Shown here: one piece after another, positions 39,601 through 49,116 of the stretch | Layout: each line of letters opens with the position of its first letter | Numbering within the stretch: the first letter of the stretch is position 1 | Source of the DNA: Alphaproteobacteria bacterium | GTDB taxonomy: Bacteria; Pseudomonadota; Alphaproteobacteria; JAGOMX01 | Length of the DNA stretch: 64,000 nucleotides | Direction: 5' to 3' | Assembly (NCBI GenBank): GCA_017993335.1 | Contig: JAGOMX010000001.1 | Span: forward strand, 4,863 to 68,862 | Position numbers and translations under genes: made by a program | The notes under the pieces: generated by a model | Seen by the model: the letters and a program-made list of their open reading frames with translations, nothing else | Databases searched by the model: none | Told to the model about the DNA's origin: nothing

Positions 39601-41896
39601 TATGAAGGAGCCAAAGCAAGCCAAGGGAAAGATAATCTTTCGCGGCTTGATAGGCGTTAGAACCGATAGCTTGCCGACCGGCACGCAAGGCTAACTCCGC
39701 CAGTTTTATTTTTTCTTCCTCATTATCAATAAGACCTTTGCATCGGTTAAAATGATCGAGGACTTCAAAGACATCTTCGCTGGAGCTAATTTCATCTATT
39801 TTGCTGAGTAGGAGTCTTCCGGCTTTTAAGTGGAGATACGTTTTTTCATTATCTGAAATTGTTTGATACGTCGCTTGTTGGATACGGTCGTGAATGAATT
39901 TATGTCTTAATCCTCCATCTATACGTTGGATGAGGCCTTCTTTTATGGCGGGAGATAGCTTATTAATTAAGTCTATCTCTTCAATTTTTTCTATATTACA
40001 TAAGGTCTCGCAATCGAAAGACATGCCCAAGCATGAACCTAGTTGTAAAGTTTTTTGGCTTTCGCTGGGGAGTTTATTTATTTTTTCCAACATCAGGTCG
40101 ATGACGTTGTTGGATCCGGCCATGAGTTGTATTTTTTCAAGATCCCACTCCCATGCTTTATTTTGCAGAGAAAACTTTATGTAATTCTGATGAAAGCATT
40201 CTTTCAGAAACTCTCTTGTAAAAAATGGGTTTCCGTCGGTTTTTTTATAGAGGACTTTTGCGAGGGGTTGGATTAATTTGGCATCGGCTTTAAAGGTATC
40301 TGTCAACAATCTTTCAGTATCTTTAAGGCCTAAAGCACCTAATTCGATATTTTCAATGTCCATCCCAGATTTTTTTAATTTCTCTAATAGCTTTATTAGA
40401 GGGTGGCTTTCATCCACTTCATTATTACGAAAAGCACCGATAAATAAAATGGCTTCTGCATCTTGTGTGCTTAAGATAATATCCAACAAGCGTAAGGAGC
40501 CCTGATCTATCCACTGCAAGTCGTCGATAAAAATGACTAAGGGTTCATCCCGATTGGCGATACAGCTTATAAACTTTTGAAAGAAAAATAAAAATCTATT
40601 TTGTGCTTGTTCTGGGGATAGTTTTTCTATTTCAGGTTGCTTGCCCAAGACCAGTTCAATTTCAGGAAAAAAATCAATCATGACTTGGCCAGAAGAGCCT
40701 AAGGCTAACAAAAGCCTATTCTTTCTCTCCTCAAGCCTTTCTTCTGATTCGGTCAGCCAGTTTTGAATTAATTTGGAAAAAGCAGTTGTAAACGCTGTAT
40801 AAGGCGTTGTGCGGAGTAATTGGTCAAATTTCCCACTAATATAATAACCATTTTCTTGAGTTATGGGTTTTTGTAATTCATTCACTAAGGTTGTTTTACC
40901 TATACCCGAGTACCCGCCTATCATGACACATTCTAGGTTGCCGTCTTTAACTCTATCAAAAGCGGACATGAGTTGTTTGACTTCATTCTCCCTGCCATAC
41001 ATTTCGGAGGAAATTGTTAGCTTGTTGAGTAATTCCCTGGAACCTAAATTAAAATCTTCAATTTTGTGATTATTTAGCCAGCCTTGATGACACAATTCTA
41101 AGTCATACAATAACCCTTCTGCACTTTGATATCGATCGTCTGCGGATTTAGCCATTAATTTGGCGACTATTTTTGATAACATCTGTGGTACCAAATTATA
41201 GGCTTTAGAAGCTGATTTTGGTTCTATCGCTAAATGAAAATGGACGTATTCAAGGGGGTCGTTACTGGTAAAGGGTAGGGACCCAGTTAGCATCTCATAA
41301 AATGTTATTCCTAGAGAATAATAATCGCTACGATAATCAATAGGCCGATTCATTCTCCCTGTTTGTTCAGGAGACATATAAGGCAAACTTCCTTCTAATT
41401 TTTGCACAGAAACAACTTCTTGATTTTCAACGGTTAGTTGGCTGGCAAGGCTTAAATCCAGGAGTTGAATGCCTAACGTGTTCGGGTGGATGAGCAAATT
41501 ATCAGGTTTGATGTCTTTATGAATAATGTTGTGAGCATGCAGCTGCGATAAACAATTTATTATATTCTTGGCAATCGTTAAAAAGAGATCTGGGGTCAGG
41601 GGTTTGCCGGATAAATATTTTTTTAAAGATATGCCGCCGGTATCCTCATAAATGAGGAAGTGTGAATCGGCTTCTTCTATTAATTTTTCGCAATGGACAA
41701 GGCCGGAAAATTTAATTTCATGATTGATTTGATATTCATGGCGAAAAGCTGTAAGCAAGGCCTGCGAAGGGCGTTTGGATTTAATCGCCTTTATAATGAC
41801 GTTTCCATAATCTACAGGACCATGAGCCTTGAAAACAACGATATCATTGTTCTCATAAAGAATCCCATTGTTTTTATAGCTTGCTAAACGGTCCAT
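36620..41896 (-). CDS. giant multidomain signalling protein: Ser/Thr kinase - AAA/STAND NTPase - TPR-like array - GAF - class III adenylate/guanylate cyclase
   Basis: 1758 aa. N-terminal Hanks kinase (VIIKAIK, HNIIHKDIKPDNLLI, SPE). Walker A GGYSGIGKTT near aa 325. Long helical repeat region. GAF-like region near aa 1250-1400. C-terminal cyclase with FADLRDFTSISE and a terminal TPR. Confidence 0.85.
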   Translation of the reverse strand: MDRLASYKNNGILYENNDIVVFKAHGPVDYGNVIIKAIKSKRPSQALLTAFRHEYQINHEIKFSGLVHCEKLIEEADSHFLIYEDTGGISLKKYLSGKPLTPDLFLTIAKNIINCLSQLHAHNIIHKDIKPDNLLIHPNTLGIQLLDLSLASQLTVENQEVVSVQKLEGSLPYMSPEQTGRMNRPIDYRSDYYSLGITFYEMLTGSLPFTSNDPLEYVHFHLAIEPKSASKAYNLVPQMLSKIVAKLMAKSADDRYQSAEGLLYDLELCHQGWLNNHKIEDFNLGSRELLNKLTISSEMYGRENEVKQLMSAFDRVKDGNLECVMIGGYSGIGKTTLVNELQKPITQENGYYISGKFDQLLRTTPYTAFTTAFSKLIQNWLTESEERLEERKNRLLLALGSSGQVMIDFFPEIELVLGKQPEIEKLSPEQAQNRFLFFFQKFISCIANRDEPLVIFIDDLQWIDQGSLRLLDIILSTQDAEAILFIGAFRNNEVDESHPLIKLLEKLKKSGMDIENIELGALGLKDTERLLTDTFKADAKLIQPLAKVLYKKTDGNPFFTREFLKECFHQNYIKFSLQNKAWEWDLEKIQLMAGSNNVIDLMLEKINKLPSESQKTLQLGSCLGMSFDCETLCNIEKIEEIDLINKLSPAIKEGLIQRIDGGLRHKFIHDRIQQATYQTISDNEKTYLHLKAGRLLLSKIDEISSSEDVFEVLDHFNRCKGLIDNEEEKIKLAELALRAGRQAIGSNAYQAAKDYLSLGLLWLLHMDWDKNHKLHFHLNLEYVECLYLQGDYQDARTQGQKLLEKKLRGLQGAYVYRSLMKINNALGNYQETVSMEVKGTKIIGIDISLNPSMLEFYYEFMKYFLRYKSGSTFVNKILSFKRITNEPADIERTAVLADILFLGASASIFRGNITFPNCATMRVAVYFEKNGVDDNILYQLIDSRARIQYQVTGSLKSYETIWQGGMSVLKTRHFPASIKALFTSRSTRTAAYFSKIKDMIQDIEPSIQTMVETGSFTYLPWSINANLEFCNFSDLPLADLKNKANEYVRIGNRLRMQNIIDAAQHVYICAQHMLDEKTLSLDDVSKSLPATQNDFGLFSVFNYYFEEEFKLAKHAAQQAMQSRTYNNPSIGNQIYYALSIMILAQLYPSASDEEKTESIKEINKYLSLLKKFSDHNPDNFLHLYLLGQAELARIQKKTLEAFDLYNNAIQVSQKNAYTRWTAIANERLGEMNLEMGYHGAAIYYISEAIYFFEQWGCNLKVKRLQEKYGHTLLQKQKLSNTPRTPVGFSTTMMTGELDLMSLIKANQAISSEIILDKLLPKILKVVTESAGAEKAIFIGLRRDVWTVETIAEMNKDTFDVRQIIEPLQKSTSVPEGLITYTIRSGSPEVISDISADEKYAKLEYVQKNKPKSALCIPILRDKKVTAILYLENNLTTQAFTPDRVQILSTLSTQIAISLENARYLEHTQQLFHATERFVPKKFLQLLGRKNIEEVQIGDSAKSEMSAIFADLRDFTSISEAIEPEQLTYILNTYLKYMAPIIRQNNGFINRVLGDGILALFPGPSQDAVQAAVEMLQAIPLFNQEINDAGFASILMGVGVNTGPAMLCALGEEERIEANVVSDMVNGASRIEGLNKMYGTQLLISDATYDKLMDASRFSIRKIDKIRVKGKTKAMTIYEVLPSTSYEEKQTNDAYIDSFEKALTLYTKGDIAKAKKIFEACIAIRKEDPVANIFVTRCQKLISEGIPENWDAIINMMEK

Positions 41897-41965
41897 CTGT
41901 TAACTAAACCAGAAAATCATACTTTAATAGTATAAGTCGCATGCCTTAACGTATGATTAAGAGAA

Positions 41966-42102
41966 CCATTTCAAAACGTCTTTTTTGGGTGATTTCGTCG
42001 TCAAGGTTCCGCTTCCGGTGCTCACGTACAAAGAGGTACGCTGCGCTCCGGTTCTCACCTTTCCTATAAATCCCTCCAAAAAAGCCAGTTTTGAAACGGC
42101 CT
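41966..42102. repeat. 137-bp MITE-like element copy 2 (degenerate right TIR)
   Basis: Matches 31601..31737 with ~6 substitutions. Lies between the divergent giant kinase gene and the crotonase-family gene. Confidence 0.75.
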
Positions 42103-42171
42103 CATTAACTTTATTTATTTTTATAAATTAAGTTGTTATTAGGTTTTTTTTACTAAAATATTTGTATAGAA

Positions 42172-43602
42172 ATGAATAAGTTAGAATATGTCATGGATAA
42201 TTACAGTGTCGACATACATCAAGTATATAAGGCGTTGTTAGCTTCAGGATTGGATAGAGAAAGTGTAGAGTCCTGGAAACGAGCAGAGCCTTTCTATACG
42301 TCAGATTATGAAGCGGATGTAAAACAAGCGAGCGCCTTTTTTAAACTTACCCAACACTTGTTAGAAAAATTACCAGAAAAGCCGAGTCGAAATCCGGAAC
42401 AAATTTCTGCCGCCAAGCTTTTGCTGGGTTCAGGAAGAGCCGCCAGAGAAACTTTTTTAGAAAAGCATGTGGTGGAATTATATTCGCGCATAACCCATGA
42501 CTATTCTCGCTCTGTGGTTGTTTATGACTTGCCTTATGAGGCCGAAAAGTTAGTGCCTGGGTTAACGCCAACGAGAGATATCATTGCTCAAGAAGCCACA
42601 AAAATGACAAAGCATAAAGAGGGGCATGAGTTTGACCAGGGTATATTTTTTGCCCACGTGTTGGCTCATGAAAAGTCAGGATTACATCTTTGTCATACCA
42701 TGTTATTACCGGGTGTTGAATCAGAAGATAAGTTAAAATATTTAAAAAAACATGGGAATATAGATCTGGGAACAGTCTCCGTTGAAACAAGAGAGGATCT
42801 TTCCTGGGTAACCATGAAGAATGATAAATTTCTGAATGCGGAAGACAATACAACGTTGGATCCTATGGATGAGGCGATTGATTTAGCCATTATGGACCCA
42901 AACACACAAATGGCTGTCTTGCGGGGAGATAGAGTGAGTGATCCAAAATATAACAATCGCCGGGTCTTTTGTTCAGGTATAAATTTAAGTGACCTATATC
43001 ATGGCAAAATACCTTATCTGTGGTACATGAAGCGAGACTTAGGTTTTTTACATAAAATCTTTCGGGGTCTTTCGGTGCCGGGAAAACCAGCGGATGATGT
43101 TCTGGGTATGACCCGAGAAAAGTTATGGATTTCACAGGTAGATTCTTTTGCTATTGGGAGTGGTTGTCAATTTTTGTTACCAACCGATTATATTGTGGCG
43201 GGTCACGATGCCTATCTTACTTTGCCCGCTTGTAAAGAGGGAATTGTCCCTGGTGTTGCAGAGTTACGGTTGCATCGCTTTGTTGGGGATCGCATGGCTC
43301 GTCAGCTTATTTTCTTGGCGCGAAGATTGGATTGTGCAACCCCTGAAGGACAGATGATTTGTGATGAAGTCGTCGATCCTGCATATATAGAAAAGCACGT
43401 CATTGAGGCTTATAAACGAATCACAAGCTCAGGCATGGTTGCTGTTTATGCAAATCGTCGAGCTTTTCGCGTTTCGTTGGAGCCTTTAAATCTCTTTCGC
43501 GAGTATATGTCTGTCTACGCCCGGGAACAAGCCCAGTGCCTATTTTCCCAAGAGCTTATAGACAATCTGGAAATGCAGAAAATCGCAACGAAAAGCAAAT
43601 AG
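42172..43602 (+). CDS. enoyl-CoA hydratase/isomerase (crotonase) superfamily protein with ~230-aa N-terminal extension, DpgC-like architecture
   Basis: C-terminal half has crotonase-like motifs (RVFCSGINL, SFAIGSGCQFLL). Length and N-terminal helical extension resemble cofactor-independent CoA-thioester dioxygenases/hydratases. The family call is tentative. Confidence 0.55.
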   Translation: MNKLEYVMDNYSVDIHQVYKALLASGLDRESVESWKRAEPFYTSDYEADVKQASAFFKLTQHLLEKLPEKPSRNPEQISAAKLLLGSGRAARETFLEKHVVELYSRITHDYSRSVVVYDLPYEAEKLVPGLTPTRDIIAQEATKMTKHKEGHEFDQGIFFAHVLAHEKSGLHLCHTMLLPGVESEDKLKYLKKHGNIDLGTVSVETREDLSWVTMKNDKFLNAEDNTTLDPMDEAIDLAIMDPNTQMAVLRGDRVSDPKYNNRRVFCSGINLSDLYHGKIPYLWYMKRDLGFLHKIFRGLSVPGKPADDVLGMTREKLWISQVDSFAIGSGCQFLLPTDYIVAGHDAYLTLPACKEGIVPGVAELRLHRFVGDRMARQLIFLARRLDCATPEGQMICDEVVDPAYIEKHVIEAYKRITSSGMVAVYANRRAFRVSLEPLNLFREYMSVYAREQAQCLFSQELIDNLEMQKIATKSK

Positions 43603-43611
43603 CTGGTTTTT

Positions 43612-44670
43612 TTAAACCTTAACGATAAGCTTGCCTTTGTTTTTGCCGTTGAGCAGACCAATGTAGGCTTCTGGTGTTTTTTCTAGGCCTTCACGTACGT
43701 CCTCGATGACTTTAATTTTACCGGATTCTATCAGAGATGACAGACGTTGGATGACTTCATCGTATTGATCCATGTAGTCAATAACGATAAAACTTTGGAA
43801 CTTTATGCGTTTTGGGATTTTGGCAAAATAGATTAATGCCAACAGATCTGGCCCCATGGGAATCGGATCGCTATTTTGTTGGGTCCAGGCCATCGAGCCG
43901 CAAAGGGCTACCCGGGAAAAATCATTCATGTGCTCCAAAATTTTGTAGAATACATCGCCGCCCACATTGTCATAATAAACATCGATTTTTTGTGGACATG
44001 CTTTTTTTAAATCCTCAGAAAAACTTGCTTTTTTGTAGTTTACACACGCATCAAATCCGAGTCCATCTACAGCGAGTTGACACTTTTCATCGCTTCCGAC
44101 AACACCCACAACGCGGCACCCAAACGTTTTGGCTAATTGACCCACAATAGATCCTACTGCCCCTGTCGCGGCTGTTACAACAACAGTTTCGCCGGCTTTA
44201 GGTTGGCCCACATACACCAGTCCACCGTAAGCCGTAAGGCCTGTCATGCCCAACACGCTTAAATAGTAAGAAGATTTTAAGGTAGGTGATATTTTTTTTA
44301 CCTTATGGATGTCCCAAGGCAGCCCTTGTATTAAATTGCCTTTAGAAACGGCGTATTTTTGCCACCCTGTATAGGCCAAAACCAGCTCACCTTTTTGCAA
44401 GTTAGGGTTCTTGGATTCTTCAACAATACAAACAGATGAACTTGCAATGGCGTCACTCGCCTTTGTATTTTGTATATCCGCATAGGCGGCTTGTGGCCTG
44501 AGAATTTTTTTTGTATAGGGATCTAAACTAATATAGATGGCTTTTAAAAGCACTTCCCCGTCATGGATTTCAGGGATTTCTTTTTCGATCAAACGAAAGT
44601 CAGACGCCGTCACTTCGCCTGTTTTGAGCTCATCTAAAATGATAATTTGATTAGACTTTTCCATAGGCAT
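43612..44670 (-). CDS. NADP-dependent oxidoreductase, medium-chain dehydrogenase/reductase family (zinc-independent, enone reductase-like)
   Basis: AATGAVGSIVGQLAK Rossmann motif and overall MDR layout. 352 aa. Confidence 0.8.
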   Translation of the reverse strand: MPMEKSNQIIILDELKTGEVTASDFRLIEKEIPEIHDGEVLLKAIYISLDPYTKKILRPQAAYADIQNTKASDAIASSSVCIVEESKNPNLQKGELVLAYTGWQKYAVSKGNLIQGLPWDIHKVKKISPTLKSSYYLSVLGMTGLTAYGGLVYVGQPKAGETVVVTAATGAVGSIVGQLAKTFGCRVVGVVGSDEKCQLAVDGLGFDACVNYKKASFSEDLKKACPQKIDVYYDNVGGDVFYKILEHMNDFSRVALCGSMAWTQQNSDPIPMGPDLLALIYFAKIPKRIKFQSFIVIDYMDQYDEVIQRLSSLIESGKIKVIEDVREGLEKTPEAYIGLLNGKNKGKLIVKV

Positions 44671-44776
44671 CTATTGTTTACTATTGGATATAAATAATAG
44701 TTTAACATAAATATGGAATATTTGCACACGAGTCCGTTTAAAATTTTTTGTAATAAACGGACTGTACGCGTATGGA

Positions 44777-46084
44777 TTAAAGTATAAATTTCGACAAATC
44801 TGTATCTTTAATTAATTCACCTACTTTTTCTTGAACATAATCCGCGTTTATCGTGAATTTTTCGCCAGGGTGATCTGTTGCGGTATAGCTTATCTCTTCG
44901 AGTAATCTTTCTAAAATCGTATGAAGACGACGAGCTCCAATATTTTCTACTTTTGCGTTTACGCTTTCCGCGATAACAGCAATCTTATCGATTCCGTCGT
45001 CTGTGAATTCTAGCGTGACACCTTCCGTTGCCATTAAAGCTATATATTGCTTGATAAGGCTTGATTCCGGCTCCGTCAGAATTCGTTTTAAGTCTTCCAT
45101 GGTTAACGGTTTGAGTTCAACGCGGATAGGAAGACGCCCTTGTAATTCCGGTAACAAATCGGAAGGCTTTGCCACATGAAAGGCGCCGGAGGCAATAAAC
45201 AGAATGTGATCCGTTTTAATAAGCCCATGTTTGGTCGAAACCACTGTGCCTTCAAGCAAAGGAAGCAGATCCCGTTGAACGCCTTCTCGGCTGACGTCAC
45301 CACCTTGTCTTTCCGTTCTTGCACATATTTTATCGATTTCATCTAAAAAGACGATACCATTTTGTTCCACGGAATGAAGAGCTTGCTGAATCACCGCATC
45401 CTGATCGATAAGGCTATCGCTGATTTCTTGTAACAAGACTTTTTTAGCATCGGCAATGGGGAGTTTTTTCTTTTTCATGGGCTTATTAAAGGATTTACCC
45501 AGAATATCTCCCAAATTAAACATGCCCATTTGAGCCCCCGGCATTCCAGGGATATCTATAGTCGGCATAGAGGTTGCTGTATCTTCGACTTCGATCTCTA
45601 TTTCTTTATCCTCTAACTCCCCTTCGCGAAACTTTTTACGAAACTTTTGCCGTGTTTCTTCCGAGGCGGTTTCGCCGACTAAATTATTAAGAATACGATC
45701 CTCAACCAGCTGTTCAGCCTTGACGTTGACTTCAATTCTTTTTGCATTTTTTGCTTGTTTAATGGCGATTTCAACCAAATCTCGGATGATCTGCTCCACA
45801 TCCCGGCCCACATATCCAACCTCAGTAAATTTGGTCGCCTCAATTTTTAAGAAAGGGGCTTCTGCTAGTTTGGATAGGCGACGGGAAATTTCTGTTTTAC
45901 CAATACCCGTTGGTCCAATCATGAGTATGTTTTTGGGTAAAACTTCTTCTCGCATAGCATCATCTAGTTGTAGGCGGCGCCAACGATTTCGTAAAGCAAT
46001 CGCGACGGCTCGTTTTGCATCGTTTTGACCAACGATATAGCGATCTAATTCAGAAACAATTTCTCTAGGTGTAAAGGATGTCAT
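44777..46084 (-). CDS. hslU: ATP-dependent protease ATPase subunit HslU
   Basis: N-terminal [16 protein letters not shown], Walker A GPTGIGKT, and the C-terminal HslU I-domain. Confidence 0.9.
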   Translation of the reverse strand: MTSFTPREIVSELDRYIVGQNDAKRAVAIALRNRWRRLQLDDAMREEVLPKNILMIGPTGIGKTEISRRLSKLAEAPFLKIEATKFTEVGYVGRDVEQIIRDLVEIAIKQAKNAKRIEVNVKAEQLVEDRILNNLVGETASEETRQKFRKKFREGELEDKEIEIEVEDTATSMPTIDIPGMPGAQMGMFNLGDILGKSFNKPMKKKKLPIADAKKVLLQEISDSLIDQDAVIQQALHSVEQNGIVFLDEIDKICARTERQGGDVSREGVQRDLLPLLEGTVVSTKHGLIKTDHILFIASGAFHVAKPSDLLPELQGRLPIRVELKPLTMEDLKRILTEPESSLIKQYIALMATEGVTLEFTDDGIDKIAVIAESVNAKVENIGARRLHTILERLLEEISYTATDHPGEKFTINADYVQEKVGELIKDTDLSKFIL

Positions 46085-46630
46085 TTATAAACTCTCAATC
46101 GTCAAATTCGTATTGGTGTATACACAAATATCCGCAGCAATCGCCATAGCCTTTCTGACCTTGTCTTCCAGGGGCATGTCTTGATCTATTAAGGCTCTGG
46201 CTGCGGCCAAAGCATAGGAACCGCCAGATCCAATGCCAATAATACCGTCTTCTGGCTCTAGCACGTCCCCATTTCCAGTTAAGATTAAAGAAACATTCTT
46301 GTCGGCAACGGCCATCATAGCTTCCAGTTTACGTAAATAACGATCCGTTCGCCAATCTTTAGCAAGCTCGACGCAGGCTCTTGTTAATTGGGACGGATAT
46401 TGTTCTAGTTTGGATTCCAGGCGTTCGAATAGAGTGAACGCATCGGCGGTCGCGCCAGCAAATCCAGCAATTACGGATCCGTCTATTAATCGCCGTACTT
46501 TCCGGGCCTGATGCTTTATAACAACAGAGCCCATCGTAACCTGGCCATCACCCGCTATAATCACTTGGTTTTTTTCTCGAACACAAAGAATAGTTGTGCC
46601 ATGCCATTGAATCGTTGATGAATCACTCAT
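46085..46630 (-). CDS. hslV: ATP-dependent protease subunit HslV
   Basis: N-terminal Thr nucleophile context TTILCVR; 20S-proteasome-like fold signature GSGG. Confidence 0.9.
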   Translation of the reverse strand: MSDSSTIQWHGTTILCVREKNQVIIAGDGQVTMGSVVIKHQARKVRRLIDGSVIAGFAGATADAFTLFERLESKLEQYPSQLTRACVELAKDWRTDRYLRKLEAMMAVADKNVSLILTGNGDVLEPEDGIIGIGSGGSYALAAARALIDQDMPLEDKVRKAMAIAADICVYTNTNLTIESL

Positions 46631-46716
46631 TACCTACCTCATTCTTTTGCTTGAAAAAAAACATGGAAGCAGTCTACCATAGGAATTCCAATATTTCCAT
46701 TTTTTCAGGAGAAATC

Positions 46717-47079
46717 ATGACTTATGACGATACCAATATATTTGCAAAAATGATCCGAGGGCAAATTCCTTGCGACGCGGTCTATGAAAATGAATTTGTT
46801 TTAGCCTTTCGGGATATTGAGCCAAAAGCAAAGGTTCATATACTTGTTGTCCCGAAAAATGCGTATGTATCTATTGATGATTTTGGGGATCGAGCCACCC
46901 CCCAGGAGGCGCATGCATTTTTACAAGCGATCTCTCATATTGCCAGAGCCCAAGATTTAGAGGAGATGGGGTATCGGATCATCATGAATCACAAAACCTA
47001 TGCCGGACAGCAAGTGTTCCATTTTCATGCGCATATCTTGGGCGGCGAGCCACTAGGGCCTATGATAAGTCTGGGCTAG
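46717..47079 (+). CDS. HIT-family (histidine triad) hydrolase
   Basis: AGGAG RBS then ATG at 46717. HFHAHIL histidine triad motif. 120 aa. Confidence 0.8.
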   Translation: MTYDDTNIFAKMIRGQIPCDAVYENEFVLAFRDIEPKAKVHILVVPKNAYVSIDDFGDRATPQEAHAFLQAISHIARAQDLEEMGYRIIMNHKTYAGQQVFHFHAHILGGEPLGPMISLG

Positions 47080-48724
47080 GTGGGGTGTATTGATCAATCC
47101 AAGTCATCAATTCATCAAAAGGCATGCCGGCGGACATCAGATACCCTTGACCCAGATCGCATCCCATTTTTTTAAGGATATTCAACTGGTTTTGGGTTTC
47201 GATACCCTCGGCGACTACCGTCAAATTTAATTGATGGGCGAGGGAGACCGCGCTTTTGACAATGGCTTGTGCTGCGGAATTGATACCGAGTTCATTAACA
47301 AAAATACGGTCAATTTTTAGCCCGTCAATGGGGAGTTGAAATAAGTACTGTTGACTGGCTTGGCCCGTTCCAAAGTCGTCAATGGATATGCGAAGACCTA
47401 AAGACCTTAAATAGTTAAGTGTCTCGATCACTTCCTCCATATTGGTAGAAAAGGCTGTTTCTGTCACTTCTATTTCAATGCCTTGAGGATTTAAGGCATA
47501 TTTTTCGATGAGTTCAGAAATCTTTGAAATAATCGTATAATCATGGAAATTACGAAGAGAAAAGTTTACCGCTAAGTTTAATTCGATCCCTCGAGATTCC
47601 CAACGGGCCATATCTTTAAAAGTTTGCTCAAGCATCCATTTGGTAAATGGATTGATGAGCATCGTTCTTTCTGTCAAGGGGATGAATTGTGCCGGAGAGA
47701 TGTCTCCTCGCTCCGGATGCCTCCAACGGGCGAGGGCTTCGACCCCGTGAATTTTTCCGGTCTTCAGTTCAATCTTGGGTTGGTAGTGAATATGCAATTG
47801 CCCCTGATGAATCGCTTCATTGAGTTGGGTGAGCATAATCACGTTATCTGCGGACGGATCAATCACTGATGGATCGTAGTATGCAATTGTTTTGGCCTGT
47901 TTAGATGCATAATTTATGGCCATGCGTGCTTTACGAAATAAACCTGAAAAAGTTGAATCATTTAAAGGATAACGAGAAACACCATAAAAATCTTCTATGA
48001 AAATTGGGATGTCATCGACCATATAGGTGGACCGAAGACATTCTTTGCACGTGGTGATGATTTCATCCGCCAAACGAATATCTTCGATGAGAAGAGAAAA
48101 AACAGAAGTTTGCGTATGGCCAATCGTGACGTTTTTAGGAAGACCATTAATCAAATCGTCTTTGATGAAAACTAATAGCTTATCGATACCTGCTGGACCA
48201 ATGGCGATTTCAATTTCATTGAGATTTTTTAAATCCAGTAAAACAATGGCAATGCTTTTTGCGCTTTTCTTTTTATTCTCAAACTCAACCTCAAGACCTA
48301 AAAAGTTTGGCAAATGCGTGACTGGATTATGTAAGTACTTTTCTTTAATCTCCCTTAAATAGGCCCTGAAAACAGTCGAACCTAATCCAGAAATTATACC
48401 AATGAGTATGAAAAAAATGGTGCGGACAATCCAGGAATGTGTGGGTTGCATGGTGTGATCCGAAATAATCAGCGGCATGTAAGGCCCGACTAAAAAACCA
48501 GACATTATCGCAATAAAGGTCCCGCCTTTCAGGGCGAAAAATACACCGGAAAGAACGATGGGAACATAAAATAAATGCAGGTAAGAAAAAGATGTCCCAC
48601 CGGTATAGATGACGATATATAAGGAAATCGTCAGTAAAAAGGTAATTAAGGAGAAGAGAATTAGCTTTTCCAGTTTTCCCGGGTAAAGCCATTTTTCAAA
48701 TAGGTAAATAAGGTTTTGTTGCAT
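47060..48724 (-). CDS. membrane-anchored c-di-GMP phosphodiesterase (N-terminal TM sensor, degenerate GGDEF-like region, EAL domain)
   Basis: 5-6 N-terminal TM helices. EAL signature QPKIEL...GVEALARW and DDFGTG motifs. Confidence 0.8.
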   Translation of the reverse strand: MQQNLIYLFEKWLYPGKLEKLILFSLITFLLTISLYIVIYTGGTSFSYLHLFYVPIVLSGVFFALKGGTFIAIMSGFLVGPYMPLIISDHTMQPTHSWIVRTIFFILIGIISGLGSTVFRAYLREIKEKYLHNPVTHLPNFLGLEVEFENKKKSAKSIAIVLLDLKNLNEIEIAIGPAGIDKLLVFIKDDLINGLPKNVTIGHTQTSVFSLLIEDIRLADEIITTCKECLRSTYMVDDIPIFIEDFYGVSRYPLNDSTFSGLFRKARMAINYASKQAKTIAYYDPSVIDPSADNVIMLTQLNEAIHQGQLHIHYQPKIELKTGKIHGVEALARWRHPERGDISPAQFIPLTERTMLINPFTKWMLEQTFKDMARWESRGIELNLAVNFSLRNFHDYTIISKISELIEKYALNPQGIEIEVTETAFSTNMEEVIETLNYLRSLGLRISIDDFGTGQASQQYLFQLPIDGLKIDRIFVNELGINSAAQAIVKSAVSLAHQLNLTVVAEGIETQNQLNILKKMGCDLGQGYLMSAGMPFDELMTWIDQYTPPSPDLS

Positions 48725-48750
48725 GTTTCTGTTTCAAACAAGTTTGTATC

Positions 48751-49116
48751 TTATGATACACCAGTTTTATTGGGATCAAAGCAGAATCTCTTGCGGATTA
48801 AAATGGATCCCCATAACAAAATACATAGCGGCGCCAACCATAACAGCCAGTTATGTTTGGAATATGTAGGTTGGGTAAGGATATGTTCGCCATATTTTTC
48901 CTGATAAGCCGTTTTAATTTCTTCTGGAGAAAACCCTTCTTGTAATTTTTGATAAATTTCTTTTTTCATGGCAATGGCGACGGGGTGATTGGATTCATCT
49001 AGCACCTGACCCTGGCAAGCTGGACAATAGATGGACTTGGTTAATTCCTGATAAGGGGTGTTGGCCATGCAAATGACATTTGTTAAAAAGAAACATCCCC
49101 ATAAAAAGTACTTCAT
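48751..49116 (-). CDS. ccmH: cytochrome c-type biogenesis protein CcmH (CycL)
   Basis: Signal peptide then CPACQGQ (LRCxxC-type motif). ATG overlaps the ccmF stop (ATGA). Confidence 0.75.
   Translation of the reverse strand: MKYFLWGCFFLTNVICMANTPYQELTKSIYCPACQGQVLDESNHPVAIAMKKEIYQKLQEGFSPEEIKTAYQEKYGEHILTQPTYSKHNWLLWLAPLCILLWGSILIRKRFCFDPNKTGVS

Noticed and set aside
36564-41887. Numerous 60 to 114 aa + strand ORFs across the giant signalling-protein gene
   Set aside because: All are antisense or out-of-frame to a single continuous 1758-aa ORF with coherent domain order.
44671-44776. 10-bp inverted repeat agtccgttta...taaacggact downstream of hslU
   Set aside because: The T-run sits in the loop rather than after the stem, so it is not a canonical intrinsic terminator. 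Left uncalled.
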